From NCBI RefSeq assembly GCF_003945235.1, contig NZ_RSDW01000001.1, forward strand, positions 390,001-422,000: DNA of 32,000 nt, given 5' to 3'. Below, in pieces: positions 1 to 7,800 of this stretch (the first letter of the stretch is position 1; every line of letters starts with the position of its first letter). The notes beneath the pieces were generated by a model. The model ran no database searches and was not told the DNA's origin. It was given only the letters and a program-made list of their open reading frames with translations. Source of the DNA: Edaphobacter aggregans. GTDB taxonomy: Bacteria > Acidobacteriota > Terriglobia > Terriglobales > Acidobacteriaceae. A program made the translations under genes and the position numbers.

Positions 1-102
1 AGCCGCCACCGAAGATAGGGGCTACGCCATGGCCTTAGCCGTTCACCCCGCGTCGCGTTCCACAAAAACCTGATTCCTTCGACCATCTTCTTAGTATAGA
101 GA

Positions 103-134
103 AAGCGCCTTCCTTATCTTTCCGGAACGCGCTT
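103..134 (-). terminator. possible rho-independent terminator hairpin downstream of flgL
   Basis: Arms 103-113 (aagcgccttcc) and 124-134 (ggaacgcgctt) pair at 10 of 11 positions around a 10-nt loop. The hairpin starts about 25 nt after the flgL stop codon. The trailing U-tract on the minus strand is weak (TCCTCTATAC). Confidence 0.3.
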
Positions 135-158
135 AGCGAGTGAGCACGTTCAATCCCC

Positions 159-1058
159 CTACTGCAAATAATCGAAAAGATCATTCTTCCCTAGCGCACT
201 CATCACACTCATCAATGCCTGATTTTGTACCTCAGCAGAATTTAACTGGGTTGCAACAGTCGCCGTGTCAGAAGCGACCAGAGTGCTCTGCTGCACCTTC
301 AAGTGGGCTTCTTCGGTCTGCGCATATGTGCTCGTCGCCTGCAACCTGCTCAATGAAGAATCCAGAATGCTCCGCTGATCCGATAACTGCCCAAGCGCCG
401 TTGTCAACACAGACGTATCTGCCACCGAGGTAGGTCCAGCCGTACCACTCGAGAAGTCCGCAATCAATTGGTTCAACGCTCCTAACACTCCAGCGCTACC
501 CGTGCCGAAGATGGCCGAGCCTGGAAGATTGACCTGGATCTTCTGCCCAGCTGGCGTAGTCACGTACTGAACATTCGTATCGCCTACGTAGCTTACCGTT
601 GCAGGAGAGGTCGAAGTATCCAGCGTGAACGGCTTCGTCGAACCCTGGCTGCCGGCAAACGAATAGTTCCCCTGATAGCTCGTATTCGCCAGCGACAGCA
701 CCTGGTCGCGAATCCCCGTCAACTGCTGGGCGATCGTCGACAGATTCGCCGCATTCAACGTCCCATTACTCCCCTGCACCGCCAGTGTCAACGCGGACGT
801 CAGTTGTGTCACCACCTCACCCAGCGTCGAGTCCGTAACCTGCAACATGGAACTATCGCTCGATGCAGTCTGGACATAGTTGTCCTGCTGCGCAATCTCG
901 CTGCCGATCATCGAAGCCTGCGCAGCCGCCACCGGATCATCAGCAAGCGATGTCACTCGCAACCCGCTCGACAGTTGTGCAGTCAAACTGGTTTCTACGC
1001 TCTGCGACTGATCGAGCGCGCCCGACAGATTCGTGACAAAGTTAGGATCTACTCTCAA
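159..1058 (-). CDS. flgL: flagellar hook-associated protein 3 (hook-filament junction protein) FlgL
   Basis: Flagellin-like N-terminus RVDPNFVTNLSGALDQSQ and conserved C-terminal helix (LNSAEVQNQALMSVMSALGKNDLFDYLQ); it directly follows flgK. Start moved from the ORF-track 1166 to the TTG at 1058, which is preceded by AGGAGG (1065-1070) with a 6-nt spacer and gives MRVDPNF. The 36 upstream codons are Arg/Trp-rich and run into the flgK 3' end. Confidence 0.9.
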   Translation of the reverse strand: MRVDPNFVTNLSGALDQSQSVETSLTAQLSSGLRVTSLADDPVAAAQASMIGSEIAQQDNYVQTASSDSSMLQVTDSTLGEVVTQLTSALTLAVQGSNGTLNAANLSTIAQQLTGIRDQVLSLANTSYQGNYSFAGSQGSTKPFTLDTSTSPATVSYVGDTNVQYVTTPAGQKIQVNLPGSAIFGTGSAGVLGALNQLIADFSSGTAGPTSVADTSVLTTALGQLSDQRSILDSSLSRLQATSTYAQTEEAHLKVQQSTLVASDTATVATQLNSAEVQNQALMSVMSALGKNDLFDYLQ

Positions 1059-1107
1059 GCAACTCCTCCTTCTTCTCTTGACATACGCGTAAGACAGCTC
1101 ATCGACG

Positions 1108-2511
1108 CTACGAGACCGTCGTCTCCACACCCAGATTGAGCGCGCTCGCCATAATCTGATCGGCAACCGAGAACACCTTCGCCGCCGCCTGATATGACCG
1201 CTGATACTGCGTCAGGTTCGCCGCCTCGTCATCGAGCGACACTCCGGAGAGTGAATCTCGTTGCGTCGTCAGCTGCGTCAACGTGGCCTGCTGCGCTGCA
1301 TTGTCTGTAGTTGCTCCAGCCGTGGCATTCCCGATGCGTGCCAGTAACGACGCATAGTAGCTCGATGTCGTCTCTCCACCGACAATGCTCGTCGTTGAAA
1401 TGCCAGCCAGCAGCGTAGCGTTTCCATTTCCCGTCGATCCCTCTCCCATCGCTGCAGCCGCGATCGCCTGCGGATCGGTCGTAGCAACTGCTATCAATCC
1501 CGCCGCACGGCCCGAACTGCCAGGAAGCGTGAAGATAGCTTGCCCGGAATTCCCATTCCCATCTATTCCCTGTTCATTCTGCTGATTCACCTGTGTCCCG
1601 ATCGCATAAGCAAGACTGTCAAGTGTACTCACAAACCCAGGCAACTCCTGGTCTCTGGCCTGCAGAACTCCACCCAGCGAGCCTCCGCTCAGACTCGACG
1701 TCACATCCTCCGCATTGGTTCCTACAAAGATATGCGTCACCCCCGACACCTGCGCCGTCGTCATGCCATAAGACTGGTCACCCGCCACCACAACAGCGCC
1801 GTTGCTGGTCGTAAGCGTAATGTCGTTGTTTTCTGTCGATATCTGATTCAGTCCAACGTACTGTGACAGCTGTGCGATCGCCACCTGCCGTTGGTCCTCC
1901 AGAGCTCCCGCATCCTGATTCGGGCTCATGCTCGTGATCTGCTGATTCAACGAAGCAATCGTCGCCGTCAGCGTATTCACCTGGTCGACGATGCTCCCTG
2001 CCTGTTGATCGAGGTTCGATGAAACCTGAGCCAACTGATCGGAAGCCGAGTTGAATGCTCCTACCAACGTCTGCGCCGCCGTGATAACACTCTGCCTGAT
2101 CGACGCATCCGACGGATCGCTCTCCAGGGTCGAAAGCGAGCTGGAAAACGAGTTCATCGCCGATCCGATATCCGTCGTAACCGCCGAGGTCGACGTCGAC
2201 GTCAATCCGAATATGTTCTGTACCTGTTCCAGTGCTGCCTCCAGCGCTCCGCTCTGCGCCTGGGTTTGCGTCTGTGTCTGCACCCGCTGCTCTAGAACCC
2301 TATCCCGTTGCGACACAGCAGTCACTCCACCCTCTGTACTGTAGGTATTTCCGTTGATCGTCACCAGGTCGCTCGATTGCCACGTTGCAACCTCGCGTGT
2401 ATAGCCCACGGTGTTCTGGTTCGACACATTGCTCGAAGTGATATCCAGTGCCATTTGATCGGCCTGCATCGCCGACCGCGACATATCAACTAATGATGTC
2501 AGTGTTCCCAT
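1108..2511 (-). CDS. flgK: flagellar hook-associated protein 1 FlgK
   Basis: 467 aa. The N-terminus SRSAMQADQMALDITSSNVSNQNTVGYTRE and the C-terminus LSGVSLDDEAANLTQYQRSYQAAAKV are the conserved terminal motifs of rod/hook/HAP proteins. Size and position upstream of flgL fit FlgK. Confidence 0.93.
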   Translation of the reverse strand: MGTLTSLVDMSRSAMQADQMALDITSSNVSNQNTVGYTREVATWQSSDLVTINGNTYSTEGGVTAVSQRDRVLEQRVQTQTQTQAQSGALEAALEQVQNIFGLTSTSTSAVTTDIGSAMNSFSSSLSTLESDPSDASIRQSVITAAQTLVGAFNSASDQLAQVSSNLDQQAGSIVDQVNTLTATIASLNQQITSMSPNQDAGALEDQRQVAIAQLSQYVGLNQISTENNDITLTTSNGAVVVAGDQSYGMTTAQVSGVTHIFVGTNAEDVTSSLSGGSLGGVLQARDQELPGFVSTLDSLAYAIGTQVNQQNEQGIDGNGNSGQAIFTLPGSSGRAAGLIAVATTDPQAIAAAAMGEGSTGNGNATLLAGISTTSIVGGETTSSYYASLLARIGNATAGATTDNAAQQATLTQLTTQRDSLSGVSLDDEAANLTQYQRSYQAAAKVFSVADQIMASALNLGVETTVS

Positions 2512-2762
2512 TGGACAGTTGCTCCCCTCTCATACAGTCGCTCGAGCAACCGCAGATTCGATTCGCTGTTCTCAAGCAAAACTTCAAGCACACGCTTCTT
2601 AGCGAGTGCATTCTTCCCGTCGTCTCGACCGCAGACAACATTAACCTGTGATAGCAGCTCAACCCTCTCTCCCAAAGTCTCCAGCTTCTCCGCATCCATT
2701 AGCGCAAGAGCAGCAATCGTCTCATCCAGCAAATCCACCAAAACATGATCGGTCGTCATCAT
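2499..2762 (-). CDS. hypothetical small helical protein in the FlgN (FlgK/FlgL chaperone) position
   Basis: 87-aa ORF between flgM and flgK. It lies 14 nt after the flgM stop and overlaps the flgK start by 13 nt, which suggests translational coupling. It is Leu/Glu-rich (LLDETIAALALMDAEKLETLGERVELL). I cannot see a clear FlgN signature by eye, so the call rests on position only. Confidence 0.55.
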   Translation of the reverse strand: MMTTDHVLVDLLDETIAALALMDAEKLETLGERVELLSQVNVVCGRDDGKNALAKKRVLEVLLENSESNLRLLERLYERGATVQWEH

Positions 2763-2776
2763 CGCTCCAGTTATCG

Positions 2777-3070
2777 TTACTCCAACAAAGAATCGATCAT
2801 CTTCTCGGCAACATCCGACGACGAGACGCTGTAGCTTCCACTGGTAATCGCCTGTTGCAGCTTCGCCACCTTGTCCATCCGCACATCCGAGCCTCCAAGT
2901 GCCTGCGACACCAGGCCTCCCATCAAACTCAGCTTTGCCTGATCGACCTGCTCCGTACTCGCATCGTTAGTCTTTGTTGCAGCCGCTGGCGTATTCGTCT
3001 GCGTCGTACCTGTGGCCGCAATCGGATTCAACCCCCGTTGCAATCCGCCGATTTCATTTGAATAACTCAT
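2777..3070 (-). CDS. flgM: anti-sigma-28 factor FlgM
   Basis: 97 aa with a disordered Thr/Ala-rich N-terminal half. The C-terminal half has the FlgM signature VRMDKVAKLQQAITSGSYSVSSSDVAEKMIDSLL. GGAGGAAG RBS lies just upstream of the ATG at 3070, and a sigma28 promoter lies upstream of that. Confidence 0.88.
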   Translation of the reverse strand: MSYSNEIGGLQRGLNPIAATGTTQTNTPAAATKTNDASTEQVDQAKLSLMGGLVSQALGGSDVRMDKVAKLQQAITSGSYSVSSSDVAEKMIDSLLE

Positions 3071-3092
3071 TTACTTCCTCCGTTACTTGAAT

Positions 3093-3119
3093 CTATCGGC
3101 CTCACATCCGTGCACTTTA
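3093..3119 (-). promoter_or_regulatory. sigma28 (FliA)-type promoter of the flgM-flgL late operon
   Basis: The minus strand reads cTAAAg-gtgcacggatgtgag-GCCGATAg, i.e. TAAA-N15-GCCGATAg against the consensus TAAA-N15-GCCGATAA. It sits 14 nt after the flgJ-like stop and about 22 nt upstream of the flgM ATG, with the RBS in between. Confidence 0.75.
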
Positions 3120-3132
3120 GTACCCAACCCAA

Positions 3133-3456
3133 CTATTTTTTGGAATTCTTCTCATTCTCCATCGTGACCTGTCGAATAATCTGCCGTGCAATCCCAAAGC
3201 CGCCCCCTTTGGAAATCGCTTTCGCCACCGCCTCGGTCCCAAAGCTGCTCATCGTATCTTCGCCACTGTCATCGCTCTTCTCCTCACCACCCCAGCTGCC
3301 TTGCCCTGTGCGCATCGGCTTCAGCAACTCCTGCAGCATCATGGCCTCGAACTGCTGTGCCGCATCAGTCAACTTCGCGCGGCTCTGTCCATCGCTCCCA
3401 CTCGCAGACTGCACTCCGATAAGATTCGAAACCGAAGACTCCTCCACAATTCTCAT
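3133..3456 (-). CDS. flgJ: flagellar rod-binding protein (FlgJ N-terminal domain only, no muramidase domain)
   Basis: 107 aa containing AAQQFEAMMLQELLKPMR, the Rod-binding (FlgJ N-domain) motif. Its start overlaps the flgI stop (ATGA). No glucosaminidase-like C-terminal domain is encoded. Confidence 0.8.
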   Translation of the reverse strand: MRIVEESSVSNLIGVQSASGSDGQSRAKLTDAAQQFEAMMLQELLKPMRTGQGSWGGEEKSDDSGEDTMSSFGTEAVAKAISKGGGFGIARQIIRQVTMENEKNSKK

Positions 3457-4634
3457 AGCACCTCAATCTCCGCCTCAAGCGCACCAGCCGACTTCATCGC
3501 CTGCAAAATCGAAATCACATCCCGAGCCGAAGCCCCAATCGTCTGCAGGCTTCGCACCAGATCATCAACCGTCGCACCCTGCTTCAGTTCTATCCGGTTC
3601 ACTGGCTTATCCTGAGCACTTACCCGCGTCTGCTGCGTCACCTGCGTCGTCCCGCCAGAAGAAAACGCATTCGGCTGCGACACCAGAAAATCACTCACAA
3701 CATTCACCGCCAGCCCGCCATGCAAAATCGACACCGGTTGCAGCACAACTGTCCCGCCAATCACAACCGTTCCCGTACGCTCATTCACAATTACCTTCGC
3801 CCGCGGAAACACCGGAACCTCGATCGACTCCACCTGTGCCAGCAGCGCTGGAATCTCCTCCCCACCCGCAACCGTCAGATCAATCCGTCGGCTATCGAGC
3901 ACCCGCGCCGCAGCCCGCCCCAACTCATGATTGATTGCCTGCGCCATCGCCTCCGCACTGCGAAAATCCGCATCGTTCAGCAGTAGCGAAAACCGATTCC
4001 TCCCCTCCAGATCCAGCGGAACCCCCTTCTCCACCATCGCGCCAAACGGGATCCGAGCCGTATTCGGATGATTCAATTGCTTCACATTCCCGTTCACGTT
4101 CACGGAATAGCCGCCAACCACCAACGGCCCCTGCGCCTGCGCATAGATCTTGCCGTCTGCCCCATACAGCGGAGTCATCAACAACAAACCACCTTCAAGA
4201 CTCCTCGCGTCACCCGCGGAAGACGCCGTCACATCTAGCTTCGTACCCGGCCGCGCAAATGGAGGCAGCGTAGCCGAAACAAACACCGCCGCAAGATTCT
4301 GCACCCGAATCGAAGACGCCGGCACACTTACCCCCATACGCAGCAGCGTCGCCGCCAGCGTCTGCGTCGGAAAGCTAGTCTGCTGGCTATCGCCCGTACC
4401 CGCCAGTCCCACCACAATCCCATACCCAACCAGCTGGTTATCCCGAATCCCTTCAATCGAAGCGATATCCTTTACCCGCGCCTGATGGGGAGCCGAACCC
4501 ACTGTATCCGACGCAAAGCCCACCACACCGCAAAGCAGCAGAATCCCAATCAAACACGCCTTCTCAATCAAACTCCCCACCCTGTCTTTTACTTGCACCA
4601 TCGCAACCTCGCTCTCATTACAAAACGCATACAT
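3453..4634 (-). CDS. flgI: flagellar P-ring protein FlgI
   Basis: RVKDIASIEGIRDNQLVGYGIVVGLAGTGD and the C-terminal ATVDDLVRSLQTIGASARDVISILQAMKSAGALEAEIEVL are classic FlgI. An alternative start at ATG 4601 (MVQVKDR...) has a better-spaced GAGG RBS and gives a cleaner signal peptide. Confidence 0.93.
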   Translation of the reverse strand: MYAFCNESEVAMVQVKDRVGSLIEKACLIGILLLCGVVGFASDTVGSAPHQARVKDIASIEGIRDNQLVGYGIVVGLAGTGDSQQTSFPTQTLAATLLRMGVSVPASSIRVQNLAAVFVSATLPPFARPGTKLDVTASSAGDARSLEGGLLLMTPLYGADGKIYAQAQGPLVVGGYSVNVNGNVKQLNHPNTARIPFGAMVEKGVPLDLEGRNRFSLLLNDADFRSAEAMAQAINHELGRAAARVLDSRRIDLTVAGGEEIPALLAQVESIEVPVFPRAKVIVNERTGTVVIGGTVVLQPVSILHGGLAVNVVSDFLVSQPNAFSSGGTTQVTQQTRVSAQDKPVNRIELKQGATVDDLVRSLQTIGASARDVISILQAMKSAGALEAEIEVL

Positions 4635-4640
4635 CCTCAG

Positions 4641-5408
4641 CTAAAAGATCAAAATTTTCTGCAACATCCTCACCAGCGCATTCTGCCGCCGCGTGTAATC
4701 CGAGACAATTCCCTTCCCGCGCACCTCAAGCTCCAGACTCGAGATCGCCGTCGAAAGCACCTGGTTCTGCTGCGAAATATCCTCCGGCCGCACCAGCCCG
4801 CGCAGCACAATCGTCTGCGTCTGTTGGCTGAATTCCACCTGTCGCGCCGCCTCAATCACCAGCGTTCCATTCGCAAGCACTTCGATCACCTGCCCACCAA
4901 ACGTCGTGCTCAAACTCGAGTTCGTCGCACTCGTACCCTGCGCATTTAATCCGGATGAAGAGTTCTGATTGATCAGATTCTGCATTGCATTGCCAGCGTG
5001 CAGCAGCCCAAACAAAGCCGATATCTGCGAGTTCGCATTCGAAGCCCGCGAGTTCTTCACCGTCCCATCCGTCGACGCAGCCAGGCTCTCCGATACCACG
5101 ACCGAAATCAAATCGTGCGGACGCATCGCTCGAACATCCGTCGTCATCCGAGTCAGCCGTCCGCTATCCGTCCATATCGATCCCGGCGCAGCCTGCACAT
5201 TTGAGTTCTCCGCTCGCACACGCTCCAGATAAGCCTTCAGCGAAGTCGCCGCAACATTCGGTTCCTGCCCCAACAGCTTTGCCTTAAGCCCTTGGTTCGC
5301 CGGCTCGGCCCCGGTCTGCGCCCACAGCGCCGATGCCGCCAGCAGCAGCAACCCAGCGGCAAACCATCCGCAAAATCGAACCCAGTAATTACCCGCCACG
5401 CTCTTCAT
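4641..5408 (-). CDS. flgH: flagellar L-ring protein FlgH
   Basis: Has an N-terminal signal sequence. The FlgH core is present: GSIWTD...ARDVRAMRPHDLISVVVSE...GNGTLVIEAARQVEFSQQTQTIVLRGLVRPEDI. The ATGA overlap with the flgA stop suggests coupling. Confidence 0.92.
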   Translation of the reverse strand: MKSVAGNYWVRFCGWFAAGLLLLAASALWAQTGAEPANQGLKAKLLGQEPNVAATSLKAYLERVRAENSNVQAAPGSIWTDSGRLTRMTTDVRAMRPHDLISVVVSESLAASTDGTVKNSRASNANSQISALFGLLHAGNAMQNLINQNSSSGLNAQGTSATNSSLSTTFGGQVIEVLANGTLVIEAARQVEFSQQTQTIVLRGLVRPEDISQQNQVLSTAISSLELEVRGKGIVSDYTRRQNALVRMLQKILIF

Positions 5409-5926
5409 CGCTGCATCTCCACATCCTCCGGTCCGCGCACAACACCGACCATCTGACGTTCTGGCTGCCCATCCACACCCGCATGCATCAATCGAACCCG
5501 TATGCTCTTGCCCAAGCCACCGCTCTCTTCCGCAATAGCAGCAACCTCAATTCGCAAGTCATTCTCCCGACGCCACAGCCGAACCGTATCGCCCGCCCGC
5601 ACAACAAGCGGCCTATCCACAACTTCGATTAGCGCAGTCCCTTCCTCACGCCTCAACAGGTTCGACACACGCGTCGGCAACGCAACCTCCGGCCACTCTG
5701 GATGCCCACACCGCGCCACCATCGCCCAACCCTGTCGCAGCAACGGATCCCAGCGCACCGATGTCACTCGATATCCATCCTCGCCCTGCATGATCTGCCC
5801 AGCGATCGTCTCACTAAGACTCACCGCAGCAGCCGGCGTACTCGCACAAACCGCAGACGCCACGGGAACCACCAGCGCCACACAAGAACCCAACACCATA
5901 ACCCGATTGGATAAATTCCATCTCAT
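5405..5926 (-). CDS. flgA: flagellar P-ring assembly chaperone FlgA
   Basis: 173 aa with a signal peptide. The C-terminal VVRAGDTVRLW...AIAEESGGLGKSIRVRL...VGVVRGPEDVEM matches the FlgA/SAF-type pattern. It lies between flgG and flgH, with TAAGGACGAGC-ATG coupling to flgG. Confidence 0.8.
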   Translation of the reverse strand: MRWNLSNRVMVLGSCVALVVPVASAVCASTPAAAVSLSETIAGQIMQGEDGYRVTSVRWDPLLRQGWAMVARCGHPEWPEVALPTRVSNLLRREEGTALIEVVDRPLVVRAGDTVRLWRRENDLRIEVAAIAEESGGLGKSIRVRLMHAGVDGQPERQMVGVVRGPEDVEMQR

Positions 5927-5934
5927 GCTCGTCC

Positions 5935-6723
5935 TTACCGGATCATGTTGTTGATCTGCGAGTACATGTCATCGGCCACATGCACCACCTTGGAATTGCT
6001 CTCATACGCCCGCTGCGCCAGGATCATCTGCACAAACTCCTGCACCACGTCCACATTCGAGTTCTCGAGATACCCCTGCTGGAGAGTTCCCATTCCGCTC
6101 GAGCCACCAGGAAGATCCGTAATCGCATTTCCCGACGACCCCGTCGGCAAAAACAGGTTGCTCCCCATCGAGTTCAATCCGCCCGGATTCACAAACGTCG
6201 CCAGTTGAATCGTCCCCAACTGCGCCGCCGCCGTCTGTCCAGGAATCGTCGCCGTCACCACCCCATACTGCGAGATCGTCACCGCCGTCGCATTCGAAGG
6301 AATCGTAATCGCCGGTAGCACTGTATTGCCGTCCGCCGTCACAATCGTCCCTTGATTGTTCATATGAAAGTTACCCGACCGTGTATAAGCAATCGTCCCA
6401 TCAGGCATCGACACCTGAAAGAACCCCGCACCCTGAATCGCAAGATCCAGTGGATTGCTCGTCTGGTTGAAGTCCCCTTGTGTCATGACCATCTCAGTCG
6501 CCGCCGAACGCGTTCCCAGACCGATCTGCAAGCCCGCCGAAACCGTCTGCTGGCTCTGCGCCGACCCCGGCGTGATCATGTTCTGGTAGATCATGTCTTC
6601 AAACTGCATCCGCCGCCGCCGAAACCCAGCCGTAGCCGAGTTCGCAAGGTTATTCGCCACCGTATCCAGATTGGCCTGTTGTGCACTCATTCCACTTGCT
6701 GCTGTATATAAAGCTCGAATCAT
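5935..6723 (-). CDS. flgG: flagellar distal rod protein FlgG
   Basis: MIRALYTAASGMSAQQANLDTVANNLANSATAGFRRRR at the N-terminus and YLENSNVDVVQEFVQMILAQRAYESNSKV at the C-terminus. Start taken at ATG 6723; the ORF-track 6744 is a TTG that adds 7 non-conserved residues. Confidence 0.93.
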   Translation of the reverse strand: MIRALYTAASGMSAQQANLDTVANNLANSATAGFRRRRMQFEDMIYQNMITPGSAQSQQTVSAGLQIGLGTRSAATEMVMTQGDFNQTSNPLDLAIQGAGFFQVSMPDGTIAYTRSGNFHMNNQGTIVTADGNTVLPAITIPSNATAVTISQYGVVTATIPGQTAAAQLGTIQLATFVNPGGLNSMGSNLFLPTGSSGNAITDLPGGSSGMGTLQQGYLENSNVDVVQEFVQMILAQRAYESNSKVVHVADDMYSQINNMIR

Positions 6724-6782
6724 CTCAGTTCTTCTCTCTCGCAAAGTCCGTCAAGGCGACTCTGCATTCATCTCAATCGCTG

Positions 6783-7538
6783 TCAAACACGCGGCAATTC
6801 TTCAGCCGCCGTTTTATCGAATTCGTTATTGAAGACGCTCAGCGCCTTCTGCATCATCTCTGCCTGCCGCTGCACTAAGACCAACTGCATCGTTCCGTGA
6901 ATCGCATCCTCGTTAGCTCCTTCGATCGACCCTTGCAACACGGAAGCATCGCCCGCAACTGGCTTGGCCCCACCCGCCGAAAAACGATTCGTCCCATCCG
7001 CAGTCAGCGCCGACGTGTCGGCGAAATTGAAGACTCCAACCTGCCCCACCACCACAGTGCCATCCGGTGTCGCCACCGACACGCTTCCATCGCTCGAGAT
7101 GTGAACCGTCCCTGTCGGAATCGTGATCGGCTTCTGGTTCACATCCATCACCGGCTCACCCAGACTGCTCTGAAGTACGCCCGTCGTAGAGCGCGTAAAT
7201 GCTCCATCTCTCGTATAGGTCAATCCATTCGGCGTCTGCAGCGCGAAGAACCCCTGCCCTTCAAGCGCCAGATCAAGCGGATTGCCCGTAGCCGTAAGTT
7301 GTCCCTGTCCCAGGTCGAGCCTATTGCCACCCAGCACTCCAAAGCCATTGACCGACTCCCCAACCTGCGAGTCAGCAGGAGCCTCTCGATCGAGCCCCCC
7401 CGCAAACACACCGCGGAAGTAATCTTTCTGAGAGCGAAATCCGCTCGTCCCGACGTTAGCTAGATTGTTAGCCGCAGTATCCAGCGCCTGCGTCCGCGCC
7501 ATCAATCCCGTATAAGCCGCATAGAGTCCACTGTCCAT
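6783..7538 (-). CDS. flgF: flagellar proximal rod protein FlgF
   Basis: MDSGLYAAYTGLMARTQALDTAANNLANVGTSGFR at the N-terminus and GSIEGANEDAIHGTMQLVLVQRQAEMMQKAL at the C-terminus. It is 251 aa and the first gene of the rod/ring operon. No Shine-Dalgarno sequence lies upstream of its ATG. Confidence 0.9.
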   Translation of the reverse strand: MDSGLYAAYTGLMARTQALDTAANNLANVGTSGFRSQKDYFRGVFAGGLDREAPADSQVGESVNGFGVLGGNRLDLGQGQLTATGNPLDLALEGQGFFALQTPNGLTYTRDGAFTRSTTGVLQSSLGEPVMDVNQKPITIPTGTVHISSDGSVSVATPDGTVVVGQVGVFNFADTSALTADGTNRFSAGGAKPVAGDASVLQGSIEGANEDAIHGTMQLVLVQRQAEMMQKALSVFNNEFDKTAAEELPRV

Positions 7539-7550
7539 GCACGAGGCTTA

Positions 7551-7566
7551 TGCACCCGTCGGGCCA
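7551..7566 (-). promoter_or_regulatory. sigma54 (RpoN)-type -24/-12 promoter element upstream of flgF
   Basis: The minus strand reads TGGCCCG-ACGG-GTGCA against the consensus TGGCACG-N4-TTGCW. The invariant GG and GC are present with the exact 10-nt spacing. The -12 C is at 7552, which predicts a start site at about 7540, only 2 nt before the flgF ATG. Confidence 0.5.
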
Positions 7567-7740
7567 AATTATTGGACTATCTGGTTAGAGGACATTAAGA
7601 AGTTGCCCCACACACCGTCATCTCTTTTGTTATCGCAATTGTCTTGTTTGTCATCCCCGAAGATCCTGCCCTGAGCGAAATCGAAGGGGGATCTGCTTTT
7701 ATGCAGAGGATCAAAAGCCTTGTGCTTAAATCCTGGTGCC

Positions 7741-7767
7741 TCAAGCTTCCCCACCAACCGCCGATAC
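7741..7767 (+). promoter_or_regulatory. sigma28-like promoter for the CheY-like gene
   Basis: TCAA-gcttccccaccaacc-GCCGATAc, i.e. a 3-of-4 match at -35, an exact 15-nt spacer and a 7-of-8 match at -10. It is followed by GGAGGA (7791-7796) and the TTG start at 7801. Confidence 0.55.
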
Positions 7768-7800
7768 AGGCACCAGACCACAAGAACACCGGAGGACGAG

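Noticed and set aside
1-86. Minus-strand open frame starting at ATG 86 (MVEGIRFLWNATRGERLRPWRSPYLRWR...) that runs out of the window
   Set aside because: Only 28 codons are visible, the RBS is weak (AAGAAG), and I cannot assign a family. That is insufficient evidence to call a gene.
7735-7746. TGGTGC...GCTT resembling a sigma54 -24/-12 element on the plus strand upstream of cheY
   Set aside because: The GG and GC are separated by 8 nt rather than the required 10, and a better sigma28-type element lies immediately downstream.
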